From assembly GCA_050331735.1 (NCBI GenBank), contig JBHJGN010000031.1:32001-96000 (forward strand): a stretch of DNA of 64,000 nucleotides, read 5' to 3'. Positions 1 through 9,431 of this stretch are shown here, piece by piece. The notes below the pieces were generated by a model. It ran no database searches, had not been told where the DNA came from, and saw nothing but the letters and a program-made list of their open reading frames with translations. Position numbers and translations under genes: made by a program. The stretch is from Cyanophyceae cyanobacterium. Its GTDB lineage: Bacteria > Cyanobacteriota > Cyanobacteriia > Cyanobacteriales > JBHJGN01. The first letter of the stretch is position 1, and every line of letters starts with the position of its first letter.

Positions 1-1
1 T

Positions 2-583
2 GCCGCCCTCACAAGGCTGCTGCCTTCCAAAATTGCCAACTGGCTGATCGGCAAAGTCACCGGAGTCCCCATTCACGACTACGGATGTTCCTTAAAAGCC
101 TATCGGGCTGAGTTAGTGGCGGATATGCATCTGTACGGAGAGCTGCATCGGTTTCTGCCCGCGTTAGCTTTTATCGAAGGCGGCAAAATTACCGAGATGC
201 CAGTCCGTCATCATCCTCGTCGCTTCGGTCGCAGCAAGTACGGTTTGGGGCGGACGTTCCGGGTGCTGATGGATCTGTTAACGATCTGGTTTATGAAAAA
301 GTTTCTCACTCGCCCCATGCACGTGTTTGGGTTTTTGGGGCTGGCGTTGATGTTTGTGGGCGTACTGCTGGGAGCTTACCTGAGCTTTCTCAAGCTGGGA
401 CTGGGACAAAATATTGGTGATCGCCCGCTCTTGATTCTGGTGGCGATCCTGCTGCTCACGGGGCTACAGCTATTCGGCTTTGGCTTGCTGGGCGAACTGC
501 TGATGCGGACCTATCATGAATCTCAGGGAAGACCGATTTATCGAGTCAGGGAGATCGTCAGAAGAAATATTAAGAATGGTTAA
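2..583 (+). CDS. Glycosyltransferase family 2 (ArnC/DPM-like), 5'-truncated by the window edge
   Basis: DYGCSLKAY, GELHRFLP and R.FG.SKYG motifs; two C-terminal TM helices; frame open from window start. Confidence 0.85.
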   Translation, partial: AALTRLLPSKIANWLIGKVTGVPIHDYGCSLKAYRAELVADMHLYGELHRFLPALAFIEGGKITEMPVRHHPRRFGRSKYGLGRTFRVLMDLLTIWFMKKFLTRPMHVFGFLGLALMFVGVLLGAYLSFLKLGLGQNIGDRPLLILVAILLLTGLQLFGFGLLGELLMRTYHESQGRPIYRVREIVRRNIKNG

Positions 584-615
584 CATAGAGAAGAAACCTT
601 TCCTCCGCTGCTGAA

Positions 616-1851
616 GTGACTACTGTTAATCCGTTCAGAACTATAGAATCAGCAAAACTCAGAAGCCTGCTGTTCCTCTTTACTGCTGGTTTATCGTTCT
701 GGATCAGTATGACCTGCTTACTGCCAACGCTGCCCGCCTATATTGCCGATCTTGGCGGCACGGCGCAGCAGGTGGGCACGGTAATGGGCTGTTTTGCCAT
801 TGGTCTGCTGCTGTCTCGGACGTGGCTAGGGAGCCTGGCCGATCGGCGGAGTCGCAAGCTAGTCGTTCTGATTGGAGCAGCGGTGGTCGCGGTTGCTCCG
901 TTGGGCTACCTGTTTGTCGAATCAATTGCGGGACTGATGGCGGTTCGGGCGTTTCACGGCATCAGTATTGCCGCTTTTACCACCGGATACAGTGCCTTAG
1001 TGGTCGATATCGCGCCAGCTAAGCAACGAGGCGAGGTCATTGGCTATATGAGCCTCGTTGTGCCAATTGGAATGGCGGTGGGACCAGCCGTGGGCGGTTT
1101 CTTGCAGGCTGGGGCTGGCTACGTCCCCCTGTTTTTGGTATCCGCTGGTGCGGGCTGTTTGGCCCTAATTTTGGCCAGTCAGATCGAAGAAGCGAGCCGT
1201 CAGATGTCCGGCAGTCCTGCTCAAGCGGGACGCAGTTTTTGGCAACTGTTGAGAAGTCGCTCTCTGCTGATTCCGGCTGTAGTGCTGTCGCTGATCGGGT
1301 TGGTGTTTGGGTCGCTCGTCTCGTTCTTTCCGCTGTATTTAAGAGCGACGGGGGTAGAATTGAACGCTGGCTTATTTTACTCGACAGCGGCGATCGCCTC
1401 TTTTTCAGTTCGTGTCTTTGCCGGGAGAGTTTCAGATCGAGTCGGTCGCGGGGGATTAATTACGGCTAGCTTACTCTGCTACGGCGTATCCATGCTGCTG
1501 CTGAGAACGGCTCAATCCTCGGTAGCGTTTATTGTGGCGGCTGCCGTGGAGGGAGCTGGTGCGGGTCTGCTGCTGCCCACAACCATTGCTCTGATTAGCG
1601 ATCGCTCTACCACCGCTGAACGCGGGCGAGTTCATGCTCTCTGCATTGGGGGCTTCGATGTCGGCATTGCGATCGCTGGTCCCCTGTTGGGAACGCTCAC
1701 CATTTTTATTGGCTATCAAGGCATCTTTTTGCTAGCGGCGGTGATGGCGGGTCTCGCTTTGCTGGTTTTTCTCACCCAATCCAATCAAACTCTGTCTCAT
1801 TCCCTTGGATTTGCCCTCGGTCGCGAAAGAGACAGCTACGCTATAGACTGA
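616..1851 (+). CDS. MFS transporter
   Basis: ~12 hydrophobic segments; motif A twice (GSLADRRSRK, GRVSDRVGR). Confidence 0.9.
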   Translation: MTTVNPFRTIESAKLRSLLFLFTAGLSFWISMTCLLPTLPAYIADLGGTAQQVGTVMGCFAIGLLLSRTWLGSLADRRSRKLVVLIGAAVVAVAPLGYLFVESIAGLMAVRAFHGISIAAFTTGYSALVVDIAPAKQRGEVIGYMSLVVPIGMAVGPAVGGFLQAGAGYVPLFLVSAGAGCLALILASQIEEASRQMSGSPAQAGRSFWQLLRSRSLLIPAVVLSLIGLVFGSLVSFFPLYLRATGVELNAGLFYSTAAIASFSVRVFAGRVSDRVGRGGLITASLLCYGVSMLLLRTAQSSVAFIVAAAVEGAGAGLLLPTTIALISDRSTTAERGRVHALCIGGFDVGIAIAGPLLGTLTIFIGYQGIFLLAAVMAGLALLVFLTQSNQTLSHSLGFALGRERDSYAID

Positions 1852-1889
1852 ATGGAAACGCAGCCTCCTGCGATTCTACTCTAGGTTAA

Positions 1890-1963
1890 CGGGCTAGGAG
1901 GGATTCGAACCCCCGACACCGTGGTCCGTAGCCACGTGCTCTAGTCCACTGAGCTACAAGCCC
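1890..1963 (-). tRNA. trnR: tRNA-Arg (ACG)
   Basis: Reverse complement GGGCTTGTAGCTCAGTGGACTAGAGCACGTGGCT-ACG-GACCACGGTGTCGGGGGTTCGAATCCCTCCTAGCCCG; D arm, TTCGA T-loop; CCA not encoded. Confidence 0.97.
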
Positions 1964-1990
1964 TTGCTCAACAGATACTAATAATATCAT

Positions 1991-2506
1991 ATGTCTGACC
2001 AAATTGTGCAGAATAATCGGTCAAAGCTTTCTCATTTGAATACTCAAGGGGAAGCCGAGATGGTGGATGTTTCTACTAAACCACTCACGGTACGAGAAGC
2101 TCTAGCGGGGGGACAGGTGCGCATGTCTTCTGCTACCTTTGCCGCCATCGAAGCGGGCAATACTCCTAAAGGAGATGTGCTGGGAACCGCGAAATTAGCC
2201 GGAATCATGGCCGCCAAACAAACCGCCACTCTCATTCCTCTCTGTCATCCGCTGCCGCTGCAAAAAATCACGGTGCAGCTAGCAGCCGATCCCCAACTTC
2301 CTGGCTATCAAATTCGAGCGACGGTCAAAACGCGAGCCGAAACGGGAGTTGAAATGGAGGCGCTGACAGCCGTTTCTGTCTCTGCACTCACTCTTTACGA
2401 TATGGCAAAAGCCCTCGATAAATCGATGCAAATTGAGTCGATTCGTCTTCTGAGCAAAACGGGCGGTAAATCTGGAGATTATATTCGTGAAGCAGAGGGA
2501 GATTAA
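1991..2506 (+). CDS. moaC: Cyclic pyranopterin monophosphate synthase MoaC
   Basis: [37 protein letters not shown] motifs. Confidence 0.96.
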   Translation: MSDQIVQNNRSKLSHLNTQGEAEMVDVSTKPLTVREALAGGQVRMSSATFAAIEAGNTPKGDVLGTAKLAGIMAAKQTATLIPLCHPLPLQKITVQLAADPQLPGYQIRATVKTRAETGVEMEALTAVSVSALTLYDMAKALDKSMQIESIRLLSKTGGKSGDYIREAEGD

Positions 2507-2546
2507 GGATTTACAATGGAAACAGTAAGATTATTTGACTCACCCT

Positions 2547-2798
2547 ATGCCTCCTCGTTGGCCCCGTCAACCGAACCGTCAAGACCCTGCTTACCGTCGT
2601 TTGGATGACCGCATGAACGTTGCGGTGCACGTTGCCACCTTTATTGCCGTTAATTCTGGCTTATGGTTTGTGCATAATCTCAAACAGACGACGTGGACGT
2701 GGCTAATTTGGGTGACAGGAGGTTGGGCCGTACTCTTATTACTGCATTTTATTTACATTACGGCGATCGCAGATTATTCGGTAAAAACTGATGGCTAA
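2547..2798 (+). CDS. Small cyanobacterial 2TM-domain membrane protein
   Basis: MPPRWPR...DPAYRRLDDRMN...HVA.F..VNSGLWF, two TM helices; ATG at 2547 preferred. Confidence 0.75.
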   Translation: MPPRWPRQPNRQDPAYRRLDDRMNVAVHVATFIAVNSGLWFVHNLKQTTWTWLIWVTGGWAVLLLLHFIYITAIADYSVKTDG

Positions 2799-3096
2799 TC
2801 CCGGTACAACCCAAGAAATCGAGGCTCTTGCCGCCGAAATTGGTGAGAATATTTACATGGATGTCGCCAAATGGCATTTGTATCTTTCGGATGCTCACCT
2901 CCATACCACCGTTGCTGAACGTGTTTATCCACTGCTAGCACAAAGTATCAGCGAGACCGAGGTACTCAAAGTCCTGGCAGGCATCACTGTTCAGCTAGGC
3001 GGAGGTAGAAAAGAGCTACCGCTTGTAGAACTGCTGCCAATGCAGTGTCAGGTGAATCTGATTGATTTACTCGAAGAATACCAGCGCCAAATGTAG
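2791..3096 (+). CDS. DUF3181 family protein
   Basis: IEALAAEIGENIYMDVAKWHLYL..AHLH and LGGGR motifs. Confidence 0.8.
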   Translation: MANPGTTQEIEALAAEIGENIYMDVAKWHLYLSDAHLHTTVAERVYPLLAQSISETEVLKVLAGITVQLGGGRKELPLVELLPMQCQVNLIDLLEEYQRQM

Positions 3097-3210
3097 CCAG
3101 TGGTATCCAGGCTTAATGGGTTCTCTTTAAGGAGTAAGCCAGTCGTTGCGGATGCTATCTGGGCTTTTATCCCCCTTGAGCAGGGGGAATTCAAATTTAC
3201 TAATTTATGT

Positions 3211-3993
3211 ATGGGTTTCTCCGCACTAACTGAATTGCCTCTCAGGGCCTTTGGAACCGGATTTGGCATTATTATCGGCAACTCAATGATCAAGTTCTTT
3301 GCTCATCGCAAAGCCGTTAACGAAACTAAAAAAATTTTTTCCTTCGCTATCGAAGAACAGTTGTCTTCTCTATCCGCTTTAGTAGTTTGTTTAGATAAAG
3401 TCAGATTTTTGCTAGGAGAAAACTACAGCGAAATCACGACAGAGCAAAACCCTTTAGCTGAAAATCGGCTTGAGCTTAGAAATAATGCTGTTGTCGTTCA
3501 ACAAACAGTTGAACAGCTTTTGGAAAATGACTTTTACAATCAGTTGCTAGGAGAGCAGAGGATTTTTCCAGCAGATGTGATTGCGATTACTGGTAAATAT
3601 TTTGGTAAGCTACAGCAGTACTTAGTCAGCCTCAAACTCTTTTTTTCTAGTCTTCCGGTAGAAGAAGCAAAGACTCAGCAAAAGCATCACTGGCCAGAGC
3701 AAAAAGTCTTGTTAGAGAAATTAGAATGGCTAATTACTCAAGCTGAAGTTACCATCGATCGCGGTAACATGAGCAAAATTGTTTTGGATCAAAACAAGAA
3801 TTTTAGAGAGCAAAATGAGGCTGAGATTTTAGCCCGACGATTCTATTCTAATGAAGAATGCAGCCGCTACTGCGATCGCCACAGATATTCAGAAGCGCAA
3901 GAGCTTGACGAAATTCAAGCATTTGTTGCTCAACACTCTGTCGAGCCAAGCCGTCATCACGGAACCGAGGAGTTAGCCACCGAAAATTCTTGA
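3211..3993 (+). CDS. Hypothetical protein (N-terminal hydrophobic anchor, helical body)
   Basis: Long ORF (3100..3993), ATG at 3211 the likely start; no recognisable motif. Confidence 0.6.
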   Translation: MGFSALTELPLRAFGTGFGIIIGNSMIKFFAHRKAVNETKKIFSFAIEEQLSSLSALVVCLDKVRFLLGENYSEITTEQNPLAENRLELRNNAVVVQQTVEQLLENDFYNQLLGEQRIFPADVIAITGKYFGKLQQYLVSLKLFFSSLPVEEAKTQQKHHWPEQKVLLEKLEWLITQAEVTIDRGNMSKIVLDQNKNFREQNEAEILARRFYSNEECSRYCDRHRYSEAQELDEIQAFVAQHSVEPSRHHGTEELATENS

Positions 3994-4147
3994 TTTAACG
4001 TTTCAGCCGATGAAATTTGCTGATTTTTCTAGCTATTATAGCCAACTAAACGAGCTTCTATTTGTCACGAGTACAGCTAGAGTTAAGTCAAAAAAGCTAA
4101 AAAATCATTCGCTAGCGCTCCTGATCTTACTAACAGCCAGCTATCCG

Positions 4148-5071
4148 TTAGGCAAGAGTTAATATTCTTGGCGGAGAGAACTCTTGACTTTTCTCCAGCA
4201 GATACTCTAAAAACGTTTGGGCAATGACAGATAGCTGCTTGTCAGCAAGATAGGTTACATACCAGCGACGCTTGATTGGAAAATGCTGCACATCTAGAAC
4301 AGCAAAATCTCCGGTCAGTCTTTCAGAAATCAGCGTATGTTGCGAGAGGACGGAAATTCCCATTCCACCGGCGATAGCCTGCTTAATTGCCTCGTTACTG
4401 CCCAATTCTAGCTTGACTCGTACCGACACTTTATGCCGAGCAAATAATTTTTGCACCGCCGCCCGCGTTCCCGATCCCTGCTCGCGCATAATAAAAGATT
4501 CGCCATCTAGCTTTCTAATGGGGATGTCGGGTTGCCCAGCTAAAGGATGATCTTTGGGCGCTAAAACAACCAAGGGATTGTCGAGAAACGGTTCGCTACA
4601 CAGATCAATTTCCTCTGGGGGATGGCTAAGCACGTAAAGATCGTCTTCATTTTCCATCATTCGTCTTTGAATCTGTTGGTGGTTGACTACTTCTAAAGAG
4701 ACATCAATTCCCGGATATTGCTGACAAAAGGAACCGAGAATGCGAGGCACAAAATACTTTGCCGTCGTAATGACCGATAGCCGTAGTTTACCTTGCTTCG
4801 TGCCTTTAAGATCGGCAACCTTCATCTCAAAGTTGTCTAATTGTTCAAAGATACTTTGGCAAGTTGCTAACAGTTCTTTACCAGCCTCCGTCAGGTACAG
4901 TCGTTTACCAATTTGCTCAAATAGAGGTAAACCAATCGATTTGCTCAACTGCTTGATTTGACTAGAAACGGTCGGTTGAGTAATAAATAGCTCTTCTGCC
5001 GCTCGAGTAAAGCTACCGTGACGAGCAGTTGCTTCAAAAACGGCTAACTGATGTAAAGTCCCTTGAATCAA
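4148..5071 (-). CDS. ndhR: LysR-type CCM regulator NdhR/CcmR
   Basis: TLHQL.VFEATARHGSFTRAAEEL.ITQPTVSSQIKQL, ITTAKYF, ELGSNEAIKQAIAGGMGISVLSQH match the NdhR subfamily. Confidence 0.85.
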   Translation of the reverse strand: MIQGTLHQLAVFEATARHGSFTRAAEELFITQPTVSSQIKQLSKSIGLPLFEQIGKRLYLTEAGKELLATCQSIFEQLDNFEMKVADLKGTKQGKLRLSVITTAKYFVPRILGSFCQQYPGIDVSLEVVNHQQIQRRMMENEDDLYVLSHPPEEIDLCSEPFLDNPLVVLAPKDHPLAGQPDIPIRKLDGESFIMREQGSGTRAAVQKLFARHKVSVRVKLELGSNEAIKQAIAGGMGISVLSQHTLISERLTGDFAVLDVQHFPIKRRWYVTYLADKQLSVIAQTFLEYLLEKSQEFSPPRILTLA

Positions 5072-5101
5072 GACTAACTCCTCTCTAATCGCGATTTTTA
5101 T

Positions 5102-5149
5102 ATAGCTAGAAGATTATTGTTGCTTTTACTAGCATAGACTATTACCAAT
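5102..5149. promoter_or_regulatory. Putative NdhR autoregulatory boxes (ATAG-N8-CTAT-like)
   Basis: ATAG-N8-TTAT at 5102-5117 and ATAG-N8-CAAT at 5134-5149, just upstream of ndhR. Confidence 0.55.
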
Positions 5150-5712
5150 GATACCACAAATAAAAATTGTTTATGTAGATGATTAGATCGAGCAAAGTCT
5201 ATTGGTAAGATGGCCTCTAGTACTTTTCTAGAACGTTGCTCAGCTTATTACCTACTTTTGGTACAGAAACCGCTATTCATTTGATCGTTAGGCACTTCAT
5301 CAACTTAGCGTTAACCAGCGAAGAGAAGCTACTTGTCGGCTAATAAAATTAAGCTAAAATGTTCAAGAGATTTTAGGTAGTTTCTAAAAACGGTTAACTA
5401 TTTTTACTAGTCATTAGCTATTGATGGCTTCGTAGCAATCTTTAATTTGTTCGTACATTTAGCTCCGTTGACTTATTCTATTTCTTGGGCTTTGTACAGT
5501 CGATATTTAAATTCAGTTTTCCTTTTTTCTATCTATTAGTTTGTTCAAGCTTGTTTCTTGATCTACATCTTCATTAAAGAGAAAACAAAATGTGCTAGAA
5601 TTTAAGAAAAATAAGGGAATATTTGCGGATTTCTGCGGCAAAAACAAATAGGATTTGCCCGTATTTTCCTTGCCAAGCAGCATAAGCTTACTTGAATGGA
5701 GTTTTTTAACCT

Positions 5713-8286
5713 ATGACCTTCTCCCAAGATCGGATTATTCCTACAGATCTGAGCAACGAAATGTCTCAGTCTTACCTAGAATACGCGATGAGCGTTATTG
5801 TTGGACGGGCGCTTCCTGATGCTCGGGATGGTCTTAAACCAGTCCATCGACGAATTCTCTACGCCATGTACGAGTTAGGACTGACTCCAGAACGACCGTT
5901 TAGAAAGTGTGCCCGTGTGGTGGGGGAAGTTTTAGGTAAATATCATCCGCATGGCGATACGGCGGTTTATGATGCTCTAGTACGGATGGCTCAGTCGTTT
6001 TCGATGCGCCATCCGCTGATTGAAGGTCACGGCAATTTTGGCTCGGTCGATAACGATCCGCCAGCGGCGATGCGCTACACCGAGAGTCGCCTCCAGTCCC
6101 TAACCACTAACGCTCTGCTTCAAGATATTGAGTCAGAGACCGTCGATTTTATTGACAATTTTGATGGCTCCCAACAGGAACCCGTTGTGCTACCGGCTAG
6201 AGTCCCGCAACTACTCCTCAATGGCTCTTCCGGAATCGCTGTAGGAATGGCCACCAATATTCCGCCTCACAACCTCGGGGAGTTAATCGATGGCGTTGTT
6301 GCTCTGATTGCCAATCCCGAAATAACCGACCGGGAACTGATGAAGCTCATTCCCGGACCAGATTTTCCTACTGGAGGAGAAATATTAGGGCGTTCTGGAA
6401 TTGCCGATGCCTACACAACCGGACGCGGCTCGATCACAATGCGTGGCATTGCCGGTATTGAAACCATTGAGCAACGGGGACGACCGGATCGAGATGCCAT
6501 TATTATCACTCAGCTTCCCTATCAAACCAACAAGGCGGCTCTGATTGAGAAGATTGCGGAAATGGTCAACGACAAGCGACTAGAGGGAATTGCCGATATT
6601 CGGGATGAAAGCGATCGCGACGGGATGAGAGTGGTCATTGAGCTGAAACGGGATGCCTATCCGCGCGTTGTGCTAAACAATCTCTTCAAGCATACGCCTC
6701 TGCAAACCAATTTCGGAGCGAATATGCTAGCGCTGGTCAACGGCGAGCCGCTCCTGCTGAGTCTAAAAGAGTTCCTGCGAGTTTTCCTAGACTTCCGCAT
6801 CGAAGCCATTACTCGACGCACCCAATACGAGTTGCGCAAAGCGCAAGAAAGAGACCACGTTCTTCAAGGTTTGTTGATTGCCCTGGGAAATCTCGATGCC
6901 ATCATTGCCCTGATCCGTCATGCCGCCGATGCCGCTACCGCTAGTGCCGAACTTGTGGCTCAATTTGGTCTGTCAGAAGTACAGGCCAATGCGATCTTGC
7001 AGATGCAGCTCCGGCGCTTGACAGCGTTGGAAGCCGAGAAGATCCAGGCCGAACACGAAGAATTACAGAGACGGATTGCTGACCTTCAGGATATCTTGGC
7101 GCGGCGCGAACGCATTGAGGGCATTATCCAACAAGAAGTGCTACAGCTCAAAGCTGCCCATGCCACACCGCGTCGGACTACTTTTGTCCAGGGTGAAGGA
7201 GAACTGCTCGATACCGACCTGATTGCCAACGAACAAGCCGTCATTTTGTTGACCGAGCAAGGCTACATCAAACGCATGCCCGTTGATACCTTTGGCTCTC
7301 AAAGTCGCGCAACTCGGGGGAAAGCCGCAGCGCGAATTAAAGAAAATGATGTCGTTGAGCACTTTTTAAGCTGCTGCGACCACGACAACGTGCTGTTCTT
7401 CACCGATAAGGGGTTAGTTTATACTCTCAATGCTTATCAAATTCCAGTCGCTTCTCGGACGGCGAGAGGAATTCCCATGGTGCAGATGCTGCCTCTTTCT
7501 AGAGAAGAGAAAATTACCTCCATGGTGCCAGTGACAGAGTTTACTGAAGACGAGTATTTAGTGATGCTGACCCGCAATGGCTACATTAAGAAAACTGCTC
7601 TGGCCGCTTTTAGCAATATTCGCACCAATGGCTTGATTGCGATTTGCTTGGAGGAGGGAGATCAACTGCGCTGGGTGAGGCTGGCTCGCGGAGAAGACAG
7701 CATTATTATTGGTTCCCGGCAAGGAATTGCGATTCATTTTAGAGCCGACGATCAACAGCTACGACCGCTCGGACGGGCAACAAGAGGCGTTAAATCGATG
7801 AAGCTGCGAGGAGATGACGAGGTGATCAGCATGGATATTATTCCTGCTCAGGTCGTTGCCGGTATCGTCGCTGCTGGAGATGACGACGAGGAGCCAGAAT
7901 TAGGGGCAGACAGCGTTCTCGGACCTTGGGTGCTGGCAATTACCACTAGTGGTTACGGCAAAAGAGTCCCTATTGCCCACTTCCGGCTTCAGAATCGTGC
8001 TGGCATGGGGATTAAAGCCATCAAGTTTCGTTCCACTCAAGAAGAGTTAGCCGCTATTCACGTCGTCAATCAGGAAGACGAGTTGATGCTCGTCACTAGT
8101 CGAGGCATTATTATTCGTCAGCCCGTTAACGATATTTCTTTGCAGTCTCGCATGGCTACTGGAGTCAGAGTCCAGCGACTAGACGGTGACGATGCGATCG
8201 CCGCCGTTGCGTTAGTGCCGCCATCGGAGTCTGGTGCTGAAGAGGGAGAAGAATCACCCATTCATGATCAAGAGTCCTCTAACTAG
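5713..8286 (+). CDS. gyrA: DNA gyrase subunit A
   Basis: [24 protein letters not shown] catalytic Tyr, GyrA-box-like QSRATRGK; no intein. Confidence 0.97.
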   Translation: MTFSQDRIIPTDLSNEMSQSYLEYAMSVIVGRALPDARDGLKPVHRRILYAMYELGLTPERPFRKCARVVGEVLGKYHPHGDTAVYDALVRMAQSFSMRHPLIEGHGNFGSVDNDPPAAMRYTESRLQSLTTNALLQDIESETVDFIDNFDGSQQEPVVLPARVPQLLLNGSSGIAVGMATNIPPHNLGELIDGVVALIANPEITDRELMKLIPGPDFPTGGEILGRSGIADAYTTGRGSITMRGIAGIETIEQRGRPDRDAIIITQLPYQTNKAALIEKIAEMVNDKRLEGIADIRDESDRDGMRVVIELKRDAYPRVVLNNLFKHTPLQTNFGANMLALVNGEPLLLSLKEFLRVFLDFRIEAITRRTQYELRKAQERDHVLQGLLIALGNLDAIIALIRHAADAATASAELVAQFGLSEVQANAILQMQLRRLTALEAEKIQAEHEELQRRIADLQDILARRERIEGIIQQEVLQLKAAHATPRRTTFVQGEGELLDTDLIANEQAVILLTEQGYIKRMPVDTFGSQSRATRGKAAARIKENDVVEHFLSCCDHDNVLFFTDKGLVYTLNAYQIPVASRTARGIPMVQMLPLSREEKITSMVPVTEFTEDEYLVMLTRNGYIKKTALAAFSNIRTNGLIAICLEEGDQLRWVRLARGEDSIIIGSRQGIAIHFRADDQQLRPLGRATRGVKSMKLRGDDEVISMDIIPAQVVAGIVAAGDDDEEPELGADSVLGPWVLAITTSGYGKRVPIAHFRLQNRAGMGIKAIKFRSTQEELAAIHVVNQEDELMLVTSRGIIIRQPVNDISLQSRMATGVRVQRLDGDDAIAAVALVPPSESGAEEGEESPIHDQESSN

Positions 8287-8289
8287 TCA

Positions 8290-8364
8290 GGGAAAAGGGG
8301 AAAGGGCAAGGGGGAAAGGAAAACAGAAATTAGTTTATTCCTTAGCTTTATGCTCTTTCCCCCC
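8290..8364 (+). repeat. GGGGAAA-type short tandem repeat with pyrimidine counter-arm (possible terminator hairpin)
   Basis: gggaaaaggggaaagggcaagggggaaagg followed by ctttcccccc, directly after the gyrA stop. Confidence 0.5.
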
Positions 8365-8382
8365 GTACAGAGTGTAACAACA

Positions 8383-8422
8383 TAGTTGACAAAAGCAACT
8401 AAATAATTGATAGTGGCAAGTA
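8383..8422 (+). promoter_or_regulatory. Tandem palindromic operators overlapping the promoter of the MarR-GNAT gene
   Basis: TAGTTG-N7-CAACTA (8383-8401) and TAATTG-N7-CAAGTA (8404-8422); TTGACA at 8386 with GATAGT 17 nt downstream. Confidence 0.65.
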
Positions 8423-8443
8423 TATTTATGAAAGCTACCGCTC

Positions 8444-9361
8444 GTGACTGAAACCAGACAACAGGCTGAAGCTGTGCGTCAGTTTAACCGCTTTTACACT
8501 CAGCAAATCGGGGTGCTCCAGGAAGGATTGCTCAACAGCCCCTATTCGCTCACGGAAGCCCGAATTCTTTATGAACTGGAGCATCTGCAAGAGACAACGG
8601 CAACCAAACTCAGCGACCAGTTGAGCTTAGATGCAGGCTACTTAAGCCGGATTCTGCGGCGTTTCCAGAAAGACGGACTGCTCGATAAAAAGCGCTCGCC
8701 AACGGACGGGCGACAAAGTACTTTGTCCCTGACCGCTCAAGGACAGGAAGCGTTTACGATGCTCGATCGGCGATCGCGCCAAGAAATTGAGGGACTGCTG
8801 CAACAACTCTCCTTAGAAGAGCGCCAACGTTTGCTTAAAGCAATGCAGGCTATTCAAACGCTCCTCAGCAGTAATCAACAGCTCCCCTCTCTTCTGCGCC
8901 CCCATCAACCGGGCGATATGGGCTGGATTGTTCATCGACACGCTGTTATTTACAGTGAGGAATATGGCTGGAATGATCAGTTTGAGGCGCTGGTTGCCGA
9001 AATTGTGGCCGCCTTTATCAGAAATTATGCTCCCCGAAAAGAGCGGTGCTGGATTGCAGAGATGGATGGGGAAAATGTTGGTTGTGTATTTGTTGTCAAG
9101 CAGTCTGAAACCATTGCCAAACTGCGCTTGCTGTTGGTGGAGCCAAGAGCGAGAGGACTGGGGATTGGTACGCGCCTAATCGATGAAAGCATTAAATTTG
9201 CGCGTCGTTCTGGCTACCAGAAACTAACGCTATGGACGAACAGTGTTTTACAAACAGCTCGGCATCTCTATCAAAAAGCCGGGTTCAGGCTCGTTGCTGA
9301 AAACGCTCATCACAGCTTTGGGTGTCAGCTAGTGGGTCAAACCTGGGAGCGAGAGCTTTGA
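8444..9361 (+). CDS. MarR HTH / GNAT acetyltransferase fusion
   Basis: VRQFNRFYT, LDAGYLSRIL, D.R in MarR wing; GNAT LLVEPRARGLGIG and LWTNSVL..A..LY.K.GF. Confidence 0.93.
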   Translation: MTETRQQAEAVRQFNRFYTQQIGVLQEGLLNSPYSLTEARILYELEHLQETTATKLSDQLSLDAGYLSRILRRFQKDGLLDKKRSPTDGRQSTLSLTAQGQEAFTMLDRRSRQEIEGLLQQLSLEERQRLLKAMQAIQTLLSSNQQLPSLLRPHQPGDMGWIVHRHAVIYSEEYGWNDQFEALVAEIVAAFIRNYAPRKERCWIAEMDGENVGCVFVVKQSETIAKLRLLLVEPRARGLGIGTRLIDESIKFARRSGYQKLTLWTNSVLQTARHLYQKAGFRLVAENAHHSFGCQLVGQTWEREL

Positions 9362-9431
9362 AGAAATATCTCTGAAAGCGCTATCCTGTAATCAGTTCGG
9401 TCCTTATTTTGAGAAAATTATTTAAGATTTT

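Noticed and set aside
5713..8286. Possible intein in GyrA (and in SufB)
   Set aside because: Both proteins have normal length and no splice motifs
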